Shown here: one piece after another, positions 39,374 through 52,700 of the stretch
How the letters are laid out: the number at the start of each line of letters is the position of its first letter
How positions within the stretch are numbered: position 1 is the first letter of the stretch
Source: Botryllus schlosseri
Taxonomy: Eukaryota
Assembly: GCA_051294905.1 (NCBI GenBank)
Contig: CM119371.1
Span: 38,876,001 to 38,940,000 of the forward strand
DNA length: 64,000 bases
Reading direction: 5' to 3'
Program-made: the position numbers and the translations under genes
Notes under the pieces: generated by a model
Seen by the model: the letters and a program-made list of their open reading frames with translations, nothing else
Told to the model about the DNA's origin: nothing
Databases searched by the model: none

Positions 39374-39727
39374 CCGTTTGATGCTATTTTCGGATTTAGC
39401 AGCGTTGGCATCCCGTAGTATGGACCGACATCAAGACAGCAGCTATAGGTTCAGCCGTACAACTTCACTCACGGTCAGCTTCAGCTGACTTTCAACAATA
39501 TAGTCGTCGAATCGGAATTGATGTAGGACTATACGTAATCGACACTATGAGGAAAATAACTCTGAGGCTCATTCGATTACAAGTACTACAATACAGATAT
39601 TTTTTCGGTGCAATTCATATTGCAAAATTGAATGCGTATTCTGAATTAGCGTTTCGGTGCGATTGTTCTGTTTGCAAAATCTAAAATTTGGTAACCGCTT
39701 AATCGACGTGATGTCATAATCCATCAA

Positions 39728-41160
39728 GTGATAGTACTGAGAACTGAGAAGGCTGCCGTTCCCGCTTCCATTCGTTTTGGATCAGAACAGGCATTGTCGA
39801 AGACATTTTTCGGGACTCTTACAGCAATCGGAGTCGCAGGAAACTCATTCATGATCGCAACTCTGCTGCGGATGAAGCAAACAGTGTGTCATATCATCCT
39901 TATCGGTTTCTGTATTCCCGAAACCGTTTCATCCTGCAGCAGTCTGTTATACGTTTTACTGGCGATCACCAATTCGTCTGATCAGAATATTACTTCACCG
40001 AGGGGGCTTTCCAAGTGAATCGCGACCATTATTGTTGGTACATCATTCGCCACGATCTATGAAGTTCTTCTGCTATCTATGATCAGTATAGGGCAAGCCT
40101 TTGCAACTTTTGTACAACTACCGGCAGCTTCCTATAAAATCAGAATTTATGTAGTAGGATGTTTTAAGGTTTTTGGAGGAATCTTATATTGCAACTTTTT
40201 TGCAACATTTCTTTATTTTTTCGTGCATCTTTATGCAACTTTTCCGATTTTTCATGCAATCAACATTTTACTGGAAATATTTGGCAGTATATGCAAATAG
40301 ATCGCTTGATTATTTCACTGTCGTTTAAATTTGAGGTCATTTCCGATTTGACGTACATTCAGGTTAGACCGCCGAAAATTATATATTCTCTGGGGCAAAT
40401 TGTTCAGGCTATTGATTTCGTTGAAATCGCCAACATTGAGATCTGCTACAATGCCTTGGATACGGAACGATTAGAGCATCTCATACATAATAATTGCAAG
40501 GAACTTGCCCATAAATGCAACTTTTTAGTGCAACTTTTGTGAAAATGAAATGCAAGTTTTTATCGCGACTTTTGTGAAAAGTAAGTGCAACTTTTCACGG
40601 ATTTGACTGCAGCAAAAACTTGTCCTAATGATCAGTTATCTCAAGTTAGTCCACGCCGCTTCTTCGTGAGTCAATATACCAACTACCGAATGCGTTCGAC
40701 TGGCAGGCTAGTTGCGGTCTAATTGCTGTCTTTCCCGTGGTCCGTTACGATGCCGTATTAGCCGATATCGTGGCAACAGATGCTGGATTAAAGATATGCG
40801 GCACAATTGATGACGATGACAGACTCGCATTTAACGTGATAAACGCCCTCACTGTTGCCGTGGCTATTTTTTTTCTCTACTGCTGGTAATCATACACAAC
40901 AAACAGCATCGCCATTTTTACGTTCCTGTCATAGGTGGTAAAGAGGCGCGTGCCTCGAAGCCCAATTCAGTTCGAATTTAAATTCAACTAAAACAAACCG
41001 TGCGGCAATTTCTGATTGCGGGACGATCATTTACTTTTTACAGGGGATGCGCGACAGCTGAAATAATCGGGTAACTTTCTTAGTCCCGATGGTGTCGCAC
41101 GGTGTTCCTCGCGCGATGGATTGTCTTAACTCGTCCGTTTATTACTTCGGCTCCGGGGAG
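39728..41160 (+). pseudogene. Probable rhodopsin-class GPCR pseudogene interrupted by a MITE
   Basis: TM1-like IGVAGNSFMIATL, TM2-like IILIGFCIPETV, in-frame TGA at 40016-40018, TM3-like TSFATIYEVLLLSMIS|YLKLVH (rejoined after removing the MITE at 40087-40627), TM4-like W..CGLIAVFP, ECL2 Cys, TM5-like FNVINALTVAVAIFF with a frameshift, TM7-like DCLNSSVYYFGS. Several stops and frameshifts; motifs are degenerate. Confidence 0.55.
40087..40627. mobile_element. AAGTTGCA-family hAT MITE inside the GPCR-like pseudogene
   Basis: Ends TAGGGCAAG/CTTGTCCTA flanked by duplicated ATGATCAG; homologous to 30119-30563 in the opposite orientation. Confidence 0.8.
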
Positions 41161-44108
41161 TAAGAGATATGGCTAAACATATGAGCGAACAGCTTTTTAC
41201 AGTACGTTGCTTCCTGAAAACGAAGATAGTTCACAAGCAACTGGAAACTGAGCAATTTCTGCTGTTTTCTATCGTCACAATATCAAGATTATTAGGATTC
41301 TATAGTATTTCCCGCGACACTGCCGGGAATATATCGCATAATTTTCTGCTCGTGATTTAATGTCACGAATGTAGACCTAATAGATCGCAGGCATTCAGGA
41401 TTTGAAATTATTACTGTTGCAGAACGTTTTGAAATGCTCTATTTCCTTTTCCTGTGCAGCTGCAGCTAACTCCTTCATACCCGAGGAACTGCACTAGCAT
41501 GAAGATATATCGTATTTTCAGAACTGTAATAGGGGAGAGGATTCCGACCGAATACATTATTATAACATTTAATGACTTCAAACTAAATTCAACTCTGTCA
41601 TTTACTTTCTCGCCCGCTTTAAATGTTGCCACCCTTTTCTTTTGCTGTATTTTTTTGTTTGTTTTTATATCGTTAACTGGTCATCCAGTTTAATTGACAA
41701 CAAGAAATTCCTCCACACATATATACATACATTATACAATCACGCACATTACAAGTGAATATATTATTAATACCAATGTTGCATTGGACTTTTTGCAGCT
41801 TATATTTATATTTATAACTAAGAGTTGGCTAAAGCAAGCATCGACTAGTTATAGCATTTCTACTTATATATCATCATGGTTATGTAATGTGACCATATGG
41901 CTTGATGACCTAACGTTGGTATCCTTGGCCATCATTTCAATGAAAACTTTTCCAGATGTTCGGAAATGCCTTTTATTTATAAGTCTGCCTCTCTGCTCAA
42001 TCGTTCCGGCTTCGTTTCGCACTGGTACACACTAGGGTTGTTCAGATTTGAAAAATTGTCAGGAAACTTCGATGCTTGTGACCCAAATGAAGGTTTAGTA
42101 CATAAAAACACTTTTATGGGCAATTTTGGTCATCTTCGTCGTGATCTTCTGTCCCCGAAAACCCCCCAAAGATCCATGGGGCAATTCTCCTTACTACTGG
42201 ATATGCAATGCTGACCACGTCACCGGTTTATAGCTTTTGTGACGTTATCAGTTGAAAACGGCCGTGTAGAGATGATATATTGCAATAAAATAGCCATGAT
42301 TTCAAAATTGTACTTAACTGCAGTCCCATAAAGGCCACATGCGTAACGATTTCTCTCTACACAACCTGTCTATCATGCTCATGGGAGTCATCTATTGGTT
42401 GCACCATTGACATCGGCTTGTTTTGGATCGTACATTGAAGAAGCGCCGGTGGGTTGCAATTCGTGAACAAATATTCATATTCCCAGCTAGTTTTCATCCC
42501 TAAGATATTATTCAAAGGTATGTAATGTCAGTAATACTTTTCTCAACTTCAAATCATCTGTAAAATATCGAGTTATCTTATTTTATGGTAGACTGCAATT
42601 TAGTTGAAGAAGAATGCCGTGATCACGTGTCTGTGGAGGCCCGGTACCTCTTGAGTCAGAAGTGATACAGCAGTGCGACCCATATATTTGATTTATACTT
42701 CTGTGTACCTGTTATATTCTCTAAGTATCCTGCATATAACGGCTTCGCATTGGCGTTCACGTTTCTGTGAATATCTAGTTGTCCGTCCATTTGTCCATAA
42801 CACGGTAAACTCAGTGTGTGCACTTTTTTGCCTTCTCAGAATTGGGCGTCAAAGTCACCGACTTGTTTCTTATAGCGACTATAGCGAAACCAAACGACCG
42901 CTGTCGGATAGTTATAATGTGGCCTATCAACAATGAACATATACTCGACATTTACATTCTTAAGGGATTATTTACCGATAGTATTTTTTATCAAAAATCT
43001 AAGCATATGTTAGAACTATTCTGAGTACAATAAAAACTGCTTATATTATTCAGCATATGTCTAACAAAGGCCTAGATTTTTAGTAAAAAATACAACCACT
43101 GAATAATTCCTCACTTTTGAAACTACTCATAATTGAATCGCCGGCTGGATGAAATCGTCTGGCGGCCGTATGTTTGACACCTCTGCTGTATACCTTATGA
43201 TTAAAATTAATGGCGAGCATATATGTATTCAAGTCGCATATCAGAAATGATTTATACAGGAATGGAAATTTCCCGCTACTTCTCTGCTAATTAAGGAATT
43301 GATCTGTAAAACATATATTGTCAACATCTAGAATGAGATGTGACACGTCGGAATTTATATCATTCTGATTTGGCAGCTGAATGTCCATTTGTCCATACAC
43401 TCACATATTGAATGCCATTATCGAAATTCCTATTTGATTAGGAATGCAACGCATTGTGCACTCTCCGCATCGTATCTCCGTGGTGACGTTGTACGCACGG
43501 ACTGCATGCTCTTCCGGGTTGGTCAAATATTTGCCTTCAAATAGGAGCTTGATCGTTACATGTCAGTGAATATTCCTTTGGAAGCTTGTCGTACTATTCC
43601 TTGCGGTACATCGAAGAGGCTTACATAGCCGAGGTAATATTTACGGGGAGCACGTAAAATACTTGAGGGGTAATATAAAATTATATGCTAATATATTGTG
43701 TTTCAGAAAATGAATAGTTTATGACATTGTGAAGGATGACACCACTCCTTCTTCGACCGAAATAGCGGTATCGAAAGACTTGAACGCTCGATTACCTATG
43801 CAGAAACTGCATAAGTCAGCCGTTGAGCAATTAGCATAAGTCGTTTTAGAGGCATGAATCGCTTTGGCATTATATTGATGGACAAAATCCGTCATTTACA
43901 GAAACTTCTTTGTAATTCATCTTTTTCCGTGTAGGACGGATAAATGAGTCATGTTATAGCTAAGTGACGTTTTAAACCGCATGTCCATCCTATCTCAGCG
44001 CTTACCTTATTAACATGCTTAGCACTGGCAATGGAATGAAGTTTACTTATTATAGTGGCTGGGTTTTAGAGTTTCAGGATTTCGCATTGTGACATCGATG
44101 CTTCAAGT

Positions 44109-44965
44109 CAGCAGTTCTCAACCGGGGGTCGCGGACCCCTGGGGGCCGAAAGGCATTTGCAGGGGTCCGCGAAGCCTCAAAATATTTGATAGCCTAATTT
44201 GTATTTTTTTAATAGGAAATTCGCGAGGCATTTTCGCTTCATTATTAGTAAAACTCCAGAGCTGACACCAACAGAGTGGCCGTCTGAGATGAAATATCCT
44301 CTCTGTGCAGACTCATTTCACTTGCTAAATTGCCTACTGATACAGACATTTTGCTGTTTAGAGATTTTTTGTTGGGGATTGTGGGAAAGAAAAGTTGAAT
44401 GAATAAGGTTGATCGCGGTGACTTAGAAAGGTTTACAAAAATCCATTTTCCTCTGTATTACGTAACCATTTTTCGATAATAACTTCAAGATAAGCTGCTA
44501 GATAAAAATGACAAGGGTGACGATTTATGTTCGTTAGAAAATAGTTTGACAAACAATTATGGTGCCATATTTGTTACGATCATACCCAAATGTGTCGTTG
44601 AACGCGATCCGCGTTATTATTACATTTGCAACCATCTATATTTGTGGAAATTTTCGGCATTCATTCATGTCAAATCAAAAGCGCGGATTTTCAAGACACA
44701 ACCAATTATTTCAAGAAATACAGTTGCAGAATTCGCTCTGAAATAGTAGAAATCAACTCAATTTCTATATGAATACTGTGATCTTATTTTGAAGAAAAGA
44801 TATTTCGTTGATGTTTATCACTAACGCTATAGTTATCATCTGCACAAAACAGATGACGATTGCACGATAATTGGGCTAAATTTGAACTAAAACTTTGTGT
44901 GGGTCCGCGGGGTTTCGTGACGGCCCGAAAGGGGTCCGCGGAGACAAAAAGGTTGAAAACCACTG
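44109..44965 (+). mobile_element. Charlie/Buster-like hAT deletion derivative with a transposase remnant
   Basis: TIR CAGCAGTTCTCAACC/GGTTGAAAACCACTG. The frameshifted peptide YPNVSLNAIRVIITFATIYIC../FSAFIHVKSKAR resembles the Charlie-type YP.L...A...L.PF.TTYLCE.GFS....K.K.R motif. Confidence 0.78.
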
Positions 44966-45654
44966 CTCTAAGTAAACCACGGCGACTGTCATTTACAGAT
45001 ACACCCTAACCGAAATTCATCATAAAAAAAGTCTTCAATGCTGCTCGAATTTAACTACAGTGTTGGAATATTGAAAAATATATTTCATTCATTCACGGCT
45101 GGCTATAGCAATGTGAATTTGAAAAAGCAGCAGGCTTCAAACCAACCAATAGACTGGTTAGATCTGATCATCATTCGAAATTTAAACATCATTATAATCT
45201 ACTGATCCATCGTAACGAAAGCGATACAATGTTACTGAACTTTTCACGCATTTCGAGTTACATACTATTTTCTGTAGCCGTGTCCTTTCCTAGTATTCGA
45301 ACAGAAAATCCGTTGGATCACGTGTCGAGATTAGTTATTAACATTACTCAGCAGTAGCAGTGTTTCGTAGAGCCCAGGGGTGGCCAAACCGTGGTTCTTT
45401 CAGCCTTTGATGGCGGCTTTTTCATGAAAGATAGATCATTTGTTAGATTCGTCTCACCAGTATAACTTGAAACATTCAAGTACTCGGTGCGGACAGGGAA
45501 GGGGCGATAGAAGCGGCCGGTCATCTAGTCGATCCCTTTCCTAAAAGAGCATACAAATTATAGCTCACAGCACCAGAGACAATGCATGATTGCATACATG
45601 CGTTTCACCATTTTGCTAGAGAGGTTTAACCAAATGAAATGTTGATAAATTGAT

Positions 45655-46032
45655 CATCGCTGTTTCAAATATGCCGGACCTGAGTTGTGGAACAGTATCC
45701 CACCGGCTATTGAGAGTCATCGAGCATGTACACATTCAAATCGAAATACAAACAATTTCTACTGAATAAATACTAGCTAATCCTCTAGTCCACCGGACCA
45801 CGACCTGACATATCGTTCCAACTCATGCCACTTTTTTGTCACCTGTCCTTCTATATTTTCTTTTTTTACTTTTCATTCAATGTGCGTATTTCCTTGTTTA
45901 CATCGTCTAGGCCAGGTAGCTGTGTGATTTCGAAGACTACTCCTAGACGTTTTGACGCCTTTCTATCTCTCATTGTATCTCAGTATTGTGGTGTATTGAA
46001 ATGATGAAAATTGCAGCAATAAATTGAATTGA
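45655..46032 (+). mobile_element. 5'-truncated CR1/L2-group LINE (ORF2 C-terminus plus 3' UTR)
   Basis: HRCFKYAGPELWNSIPPAI..SMYTFKSKYKQFLLNKY* (stop 45774-45776) is the typical CR1/L2/Crack ORF2 tail; followed by a UTR and an AATAAA-(TTGAA) tail. Confidence 0.75.
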
Positions 46033-46765
46033 TGCGCTTTGTCACGTATTACCAATATGTGTATTGTTTTCGTGTTGTTTCACTCCTGATGGTTTACGCA
46101 AGACTTGTAACATTTAGTGGACGGTGGCACTACAACGTTAGAAATTAACTAATGAACTCACGAATCGAGTTCACATGAATCTTTCACCGGCAACAATCGA
46201 TGCGCGGTCATCAATCTATGCTAAATCATTGAGTTCAACAATGAACTTGAGAATTAATTACGCCAGCGCAGGTCACGATCATTTCCGGGCTAGCAATGGT
46301 GCATAAGGCTCTTACATTTGTATTGTAAAGGCAAGCAATAAATGCAGAGTTTGGCCAAGATAATGACGTCGAGATTACCTAGCTAGAATCTTTCTTATAT
46401 TCTCTTCAGCACTTGAAGGTACTGCTCCGCACTGCTTAGGCGTCATATCAGCCTGATTTTGGACTCCTTGCAGCCCAGGTGGAGGCCACACAATAACAGA
46501 CTTCATTCGTTAGCCTACATTTCATTGTGACGTCACAAATTAGTATATTTATGTCGTGGATCTTATAAAGCTAAGATTTTTGATATGCGGTTCGCACATG
46601 AAGGCGGTATAGCCTGTTTTCGGTGTTTTGTATCACCTCAGCGATTTTCTGCTTCTCATTTTCACGCACTCGCATTTCTATTCACACTGTGGCACACGCA
46701 TTCCCGTCTCGATTAATAATCGAAATTTACTGCTCCTCGTGTTTTTAAGCTGGCACCTAATCAGA

Positions 46766-49700
46766 ATGGCCAACTTGAGTAATATGAAGATCCTTGGAAT
46801 TATAGCGCTGTGTATTTGCGCAATTCTAATCGGTTACGCATCTGTTCAAAGTAAGTATTGAATAAATCATTTTGCCGTCGTATTCAGACCATCCGCTGCT
46901 ACATATAACGCATAGACGTCCTAGTTTATTTTTCGATCGACACGTCCTAATGACTCTGCGTCGAGTTAGTCGCAATAATCAACGTAACGTATTTGCGAAA
47001 CGTGATCATTTAGCTGCGTATGTGTAATTGTGTATGCACATTTCATATTGTACAATATGCAGTACAGTACAATGTACACTCATTGCCCTGGCCCACAAAT
47101 TTCAACAATGTTTATCGTGTAAGACTTAGTAAAGCTCTCTCGCTCTTATCATGACATCCTGAATATTAACAATTACGCTTTGACTTTAATACATCCGAAA
47201 TGCTCAGACTCCGAAGTTGATTTATCCATATCGTGATATTATGACTCTTCCCTCAACTTCACAGAAAGTCAAAATCGCAAAGCCAGACTGTCCTGGCCAC
47301 CGACAAGGACCCATTCACCTTCGATGACAGTTTCAACGCCAAATTCTCCTACAGAGGCTTCAGCGTCACGTGGATATCAGGTATCAGAGATAGTTTCATC
47401 ATTGTGTCCTATCTGGTGTCGACACAGGCAAATCTCACGCCTCATTGAAATTGTATCACGTCACAATTTCCATTTGGCTACAAGCAATTTGACGGTCATT
47501 TTTGACCGGCTTGCCGAGCATTAAATTTGGAAAACGGGTATCAATCGAAAGCTGACTCTCCTCTGATTGCGAAAATATAAATTTTATTCCGCTCGTGGCC
47601 CTGGAACTCCCACAATCAGCCTCGAATTTTTCATTGTTATGGAGATTGGCATTGGGACGCAACAATGCTGTCTGGCGAAACGAGAGAGTAGCTCAGGACG
47701 TAACAATGCTGTCTAGCGAAACGAGAGAGTAGCTCAAGAGAAAAGAGCAAGACACCATCGTCGCGTCTCAATGCCAATCTCCATAACAATGAAAAATTCG
47801 AGGCTGATTGTGGGAGTTCCAGGGACACGAGCGGAATAAAATTTATATTTTCGTAATCAGTGGAGAGTCAGCTTTCGATTGATACCCGTTTTACCAAATT
47901 TAATGCTCGGCAAGCCGGTCAAAAATGAATGTCAAATTGCCTGTAGCCAAATGGAAATTGTGACGTGATACAATTTCACTAAGGCGTGAGATTTGCCTGT
48001 GTCGACACCATATAGGACACTATGGTTTCATACTCAGGTGTATCGTAATCCCATTAACCGATACTAAACACGGTCTACTCCTATGCATAGCTGAAGGTAT
48101 TTATATATTTGGTAACATGACTTATGGATTTTGAAGTATTCTGTGCTACGGCTTCACAAATTTTATCCTTTGCCATTTACATTTCATTTGGTTGATGGTC
48201 ACAGAATTTTAAGCCAATCCTCCTAATTCCCTAAAACTCAAACTTACGGCGCCTGCTGCGTTTTTCTGGAGACTCCATCTGACTTCGAATGGCAATTATG
48301 CGGTAATGCACTTCGATGTGGGTTCAAAAACAGTTACTGTTGTGATATCTGTACATTCTACATATGACTTCACAGGCGTATTGGAAACAAGTCATAAGCT
48401 TCGTGTTACAAGTCATTGCACATTTAGACTTATGTCAAGTCGAGTCACAATATTGACTCGAGTCAATAGTGACAATATAGTGACTCGAATGAAGTCAAGT
48501 CAAGTCAATTCAAATGAAATATTTGAGATACGAGGCATGATAGAAATAATAAAAGTCATTACATTTTGCAAGATGATAGAAGTACGGATTGAGTTGTACA
48601 ATATGTACATTTACATTGTACAGGTGCAGCGATCCAGTCTACACCGATTAGGTAATGACCAGTGGCGGCTCGTCCTATAGGGCAACTGGGGCATTGCCCC
48701 ACCTAAAATTCTGTTCAATAACAATTTAACCATTTATAGACGCACAGCAATCAGTATATACCGAGATCACAGCGAAACCCGCATTATTCTTGTGCTTTCG
48801 CTAACAAATGCCCATACATAGCGAAGTCTCTGCGAAAATCGAATTCTCTTCTGTGTTTTCGCTTTGTGAATGCCTAGCCGGGGCTTGCCCCGGTAGCGCT
48901 CATAACAAGCTTTCACTATCTATTCTCTCAAAGCCGCGCACAATAAAGAAACGGTGATTTACTCTCTCCTATTCGTAAAATGGCCGAGCAAGTGGGGCAA
49001 CTATGCCTGTCGCCCCTAAGGTGTGATGTAACAATCGTATCTATATCTGAACTCGGTTACCGTGATATGCGTTGAGTCGACCTTTGCTGGTATATGTCGA
49101 TTTTGACGGTGTTTCGCACCATGATAATTCTTGAAACTTGGTATGATATGTCGTGAAGGTAGTATTTAGCACTGCTCCAAATTTCAGGCTTGCTACTTAA
49201 AGATAAGGGTAGTAATTTCGTTTCCGAAGTTCAGTGTGTGCTGATCTATCATGCACATTGTACAGCAAACAGATTTTACTCAAAAGCCGGTATTGGTCTC
49301 CATTGATTTTGACGATGTTCCATACCGAGATCGGTCATGACATTTGGCACAGTAAGTCCTAATGTTAGTATCGACCGCTGTAACAAGTTTTAAGTTTGTC
49401 ACTGAACTATGTGGGTGGTAATTTCGTTTCCAAAGTCGAGTGAGAGCTGACTCTTCATTTATCGCTTACAGATTTACGCAAAAGCCGTTATTGGTCTCTA
49501 TCGATTTTAACGATGTTCCATACCTAGATCTGTCATGAGCTTTTGCACGGTATGTCTTGATTTTAGTATCGAACGCGGTGCCAAGTCTTAAAGTTGACGC
49601 TCAATGATTGAGGCAGTTATTTCGTTTTCGAGGTCGAGTATGGTAGAGATGCGCGCTGATCTGATACTTAGCCTACCTACATCATTGCGGATCTCACGCA

Positions 49701-52700
49701 AATGCCGGTGTCTGTCTGTGCTAATCTAGGCTGCGTTCCATAACGAGATCGGTGATGATATTTCCAATGGTATATCTCGATGATCGCATGAAACAGCTAA
49801 CTAAGATTCTCGGTTTGCATTCAAATATTCACATAATTTTATGTTCGCCAATGTGCATTTCACTGTGAAATTGTGGCCTTCAAACCATTTGCTTACAATC
49901 CCCTGTCAAATGCGATAGCTATTTCATTTTCGATGTCGGCTAACAGCTGATCATTCGATCAGCCTATTCCTCGATCTATTTTACTCAAAGTTCGGTGTTC
50001 GTCTGTTTGTATTGATTTTGACAGTGTACCATGCCGGAATGGGTTATGAGATTGCGAATGCTACTTCTCGATGATTTCATGTAACAGTATGCTAAGTTTA
50101 CGGCTTTCATTCATGTATTTATTGATTAATATATTTTCCAACGGCGATTTCGCAGCAGACTTATAGACAGTAAGCCGTATGTGTTGCGTCACAATCTCCA
50201 GTTTCAAGGCCAAAATGTACTATGTTGTTCCGAGACCGAAGTTCCGAGGCTGCTGTCCTTAGTTCTTCAAAGACCATTCAAATTGATGTTCTGGATTCAA
50301 TATGACAGGCCCAATCTATGAGATAACAATTGCGTATGTGTCCGAAGTCGTTGACCTTTGCAGTTAGGCTTACGCAATCTCTCGAGTTCTAGTCATTGGA
50401 ATTAGTCTGGTCAAGTCAAGTGCGAACATGAATCGTATTGAATCTTTGCTCCGTAAGTAGGCTAGTTTACGTAGTTGCCTTTAGAGCGAAAATTAAAGGT
50501 CTAGAAATTGTCCAGTCCATTGATCCAATCGTACGCCGGGTACCTCCGCTTTGGTTGCCTATCACCTGGTCGTAACTCGTAACCACCAGCTCAGTGGTCG
50601 AAACACACCAGGATCGTGTACGAAACACTTTCGGACGGCCTATCGATTTGCGTAATCTCTAACTCTACCATGAAATCATAACGCATGCTACTAAGGATGA
50701 CCTGATAATTGATTCGTGGCATAGGGACGATTCTTAGTTCACGTACATTATGTAAAATAATCCTTTGATTAAAAAAAATGAATAAAACATTTGTTACCAC
50801 ACTTCAAGTCACGGCTCACCGGCAAACCTCTCGCGGCACCTACGTTAAAATCACTGTTGTCGGGAAATTCATGTGACCATCATATTAAAGTTACTTTTTT
50901 ACGTTGGAAAACGCCATTGTGACGTCATGTTGATAAAAGTCGCTCGCAGCCCTTGCCCCACCACCCGATATTGTCACGAGCCGCCACTGGTAATGACGTG
51001 AAATTTGACTCGAAAATTTCGCTTCGAGTGACGAGTCGATTCATATTTCTGAAACGACGAGTCAAGTCAAGTCAAGTCAAGTCAAGTCAATTTTACAGAG
51101 TGACGTGAGTCGAGTCGAGTCATGTAAAAATGCTGACTCAATTCATCCCAACAGTGCTTCAGAGTGAGCTATTAGAATTTGGATAGTCCTATTTAATTCT
51201 CACAGGTTTACCTGCCTATACTTTGAGCTTGATTACAAAAAGTGTCCACTTATGATCGCGTTGACAATTTTGTTTGTCTGGGGTAGTCATGGTGTTTGTC
51301 GACTACATCGGTCATTTACCCAGGCTGATTTTCTGTATTTTTGATTCCGTATCTGCCGACTTGTAGCACGGTCCACTGCTAGGCTTTTTGTAAAACACCA
51401 CTTACGCGAATGAGGTGGCGAGGAGGACCCTAGATAAGCCTCCAACACTTAGGTTGGAATTCTGAAGTCGACCTCGGTCGGACTCGAACGCGCAACCGAT
51501 TTGTGTTGCAGCTGCGTTGATAGTCGTCTTAATTGAAATATAAGTTATTTCACAGGAAATGAATATATCTACAGAAATGGCAGTATCATGACGAAAAATT
51601 TGGATGACAGCTCCAAAGATGCGGTACTGATGCCACAAGAAGATTACGTAAGACTACCCCATATTCAACAATGCACAAATCCAATGCTCTTAGCATTGTC
51701 TGAAATAAGATGTCCCTTCTTTTCATGGAATGTATTGCAAGCCGTATCTGACCTCTCGGCATGGGAGGTCAAGGTCAGCGGGCCTATCATTATTTTGTAA
51801 TTTGCATAAGGTACAGATTTGTGGCCGATATATTTACCTTTAAACTTTTCGCACTTCTTGTGAATAAGCCTCAACAAAACTCTTGATTCTACTTCAGGCA
51901 CCACCTTTCCGAAAGGAATATCACAGAAATATATATATAATTTACAGAAATTAGTGTAACCGTTTTCTCAATTATGAGATAACAGTATGTACCAACTATG
52001 GATTCATGCCGTTGAGATGCCTACGAATGAGGATAAGCCGCCCAGCAGTTGTGTTGAAAACCCAAGTACGGACCAAAGACCATCATATTTTTGACGCGCT
52101 GAAAAACTGCTCGCACGATCTTGTTTGTACTGACCAGCATAAAATTTGGCATTTATAAACTAAAACATTTTCACGGCAAACAACATACAACATTCGGACT
52201 AATTTGATGTATACCCACCATGCATCGCTCTCGTAAAACCATGGGACAACCGAAAACAACATGACTGGGTCACTCTTTTCAATTGTCAGTGTCACCAAAC
52301 CCGACCTGACGGTCTGTCCCGAGATTGAAGCAACATGAATAAATTAAGACACTAGCCAATATATCTACGTGAGATATTTCTCCGATAAGTGCAATTCTTG
52401 AGCATATGTTTAGTTACTGTGGGCAGAGACTATTTCAATAGGTTCGCAAGACTCGCATAAATGATACTGATATACCCCACATTTACTATCTACTTTTCAA
52501 AATAGAAAGTTACACAAGCAGGTATAATTGGAAGTAGTCCTGAATTCGCAACCACTTGTGTAGAAGTACTGCAAGGTTGGACAGTCAACTCGACTACTCC
52601 CAAAGTTAGCAGTGCTCCCTTACTGAAATTCTCTGGACTTCACAGGAATCGAGTGGTGCAATTACATACAGAGTATCAGCCGATTTGAAGTACATCGCGT

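Noticed and set aside
41950..43840. Exon-like segments with splice signals and hydrophobic peptides
   Set aside because: I could not build a phase-consistent model or recognise a family; it may be a decayed gene and needs BLASTx.
29594..46765. Glucagon-like precursor between the DPP4 paralogs, by analogy to vertebrate DPP4-GCG-FAP
   Set aside because: I found no recognisable glucagon-family peptide or dibasic-flanked precursor.
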